IMG/VR virus record: IMGVR_UViG_2706794694_000010
Length of the DNA stretch: 6,388 nt
From: a virus
Lineage: Duplodnaviria; Heunggongvirae; Uroviricota; Caudoviricetes
Direction: 5' to 3' (one strand)
In this document: piece by piece, positions 5,909 to 6,388 of the stretch
Position numbering within the stretch: position 1 is the stretch's first letter
How the letters are laid out: every line of letters starts with the position of its first letter
Notes under the pieces: generated by a model
What the model was told of the DNA's origin: nothing
Seen by the model: only the letters and a program-made list of their open reading frames with translations
Database searches by the model: none
Translations under genes and position numbers: made by a program

Positions 5909-6072
5909 GCCGTAGCCCCTTCTTGATATTTTTCAAACCAGAACACAACCGGCTCTGCTTCCAGCGATGCCAGCGCAATCCGTGCCAGTTCCATTTGTTC
6001 ACCACGGGTAAGCCCGTTTTCAAGCGGGTTTTTAATGAACAATTCAATACGTTCTTTGGTAATAGTGGTCAT
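5905..6072 (-). CDS. Hypothetical small protein (55 aa), not in the supplied ORF track
   Basis: Hand translation gives [56 protein letters not shown] strong TAAGGAG Shine-Dalgarno overlaps the upstream gene's stop; its own stop overlaps the downstream ATG. Confidence 0.6.
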   Translation of the reverse strand: MTTITKERIELFIKNPLENGLTRGEQMELARIALASLEAEPVVFWFEKYQEGATA

Positions 6073-6082
6073 GTGTTACTCC

Positions 6083-6313
6083 TTAACCCGCAGTGCTTTC
6101 AACTGATGAGGGGAACAAAATCTTTTCATCAAACCCTGCATTCATATCATGAACAGCAACACACCAATCCATCGACGAACGATTATCAAGAGCCTCCATG
6201 ATTTCATCCATGCGGCGTAGGTCATACAGGTAAATGCTTTTATCGCCAATGGTGTAAAAGCCAATTTTTTTCGGTGATGGATGAGGTGTACTGGCAATAG
6301 CGGACACTACCAT
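6083..6313 (-). CDS. Hypothetical protein (76 aa from the ATG at 6313); may be the 3' part of a larger gene truncated at the window edge
   Basis: The ORF starts inside the terminal inverted repeat with no convincing Shine-Dalgarno. The same frame stays open upstream to position 6388 (the window edge), so it may be a 5'-partial CDS spanning 6083-6388. Confidence 0.55.
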   Translation of the reverse strand: MVVSAIASTPHPSPKKIGFYTIGDKSIYLYDLRRMDEIMEALDNRSSMDWCVAVHDMNAGFDEKILFPSSVESTAG

Positions 6314-6388
6314 TTGTTCTTTTTTTAAGCAGCCATCTGATGATATTTTTCCCTGAAGGCTGCCGGGGAGATATTCCCCAGACGAGAG
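6282..6388. repeat. Right copy of the perfect 107-bp inverted repeat (reverse complement of 1-107)
   Basis: Base-by-base reverse-complement identity with 1-107; extends to the window edge. Confidence 0.9.

Noticed and set aside
5856-6201. Track ORFs 5856..6047 (-) and 5923..6201 (+)
   Set aside because: They overlap the ribosome-binding-site-supported 55-aa ORF (5905-6072) in other frames or on the other strand; Trp/Arg-rich or Phe/Gln/Asn-rich translations without a ribosome-binding site.
1-6388. CRISPR array or other short regularly spaced direct repeats
   Set aside because: No repeat-spacer periodicity anywhere; the only repeats are the terminal inverted repeat, isolated hairpins, and one pair of degenerate motifs about 220 bp apart.

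Overview
This 6.4-kb window reads as a fragment of a lambdoid (lambda-like) prophage early-late junction, with every supported gene on the minus strand. In transcription order (right to left) it carries: three translationally coupled small ORFs (the first possibly a 5'-truncated larger gene), a scaffold gap of 86 N, an intrinsic terminator, a possibly frameshifted small ORF, a DUF968-like Cys/His protein, the Holliday-junction resolvase RusA, a lambda-Q-type late antiterminator with a lambda-like pR' promoter/pause element and tR' terminator, a small possible winged-helix protein, a beta-class DPPY DNA methyltransferase, and a three-tRNA cluster (Ile-CAU, Arg-UCG, Arg-UCU) ending in a terminator. 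I found no CRISPR array, no recognisable IS element and no obvious defence-system enzymes. The points most worth a second look are a perfect 107-bp inverted repeat at the two window ends (possibly an assembly artefact), a pair of tandem paralogous small proteins of unknown function, and the small-protein/dyad/methyltransferase arrangement between Q and the tRNAs. All calls rest on manual reading of the sequence and remembered family features; no database search was run.
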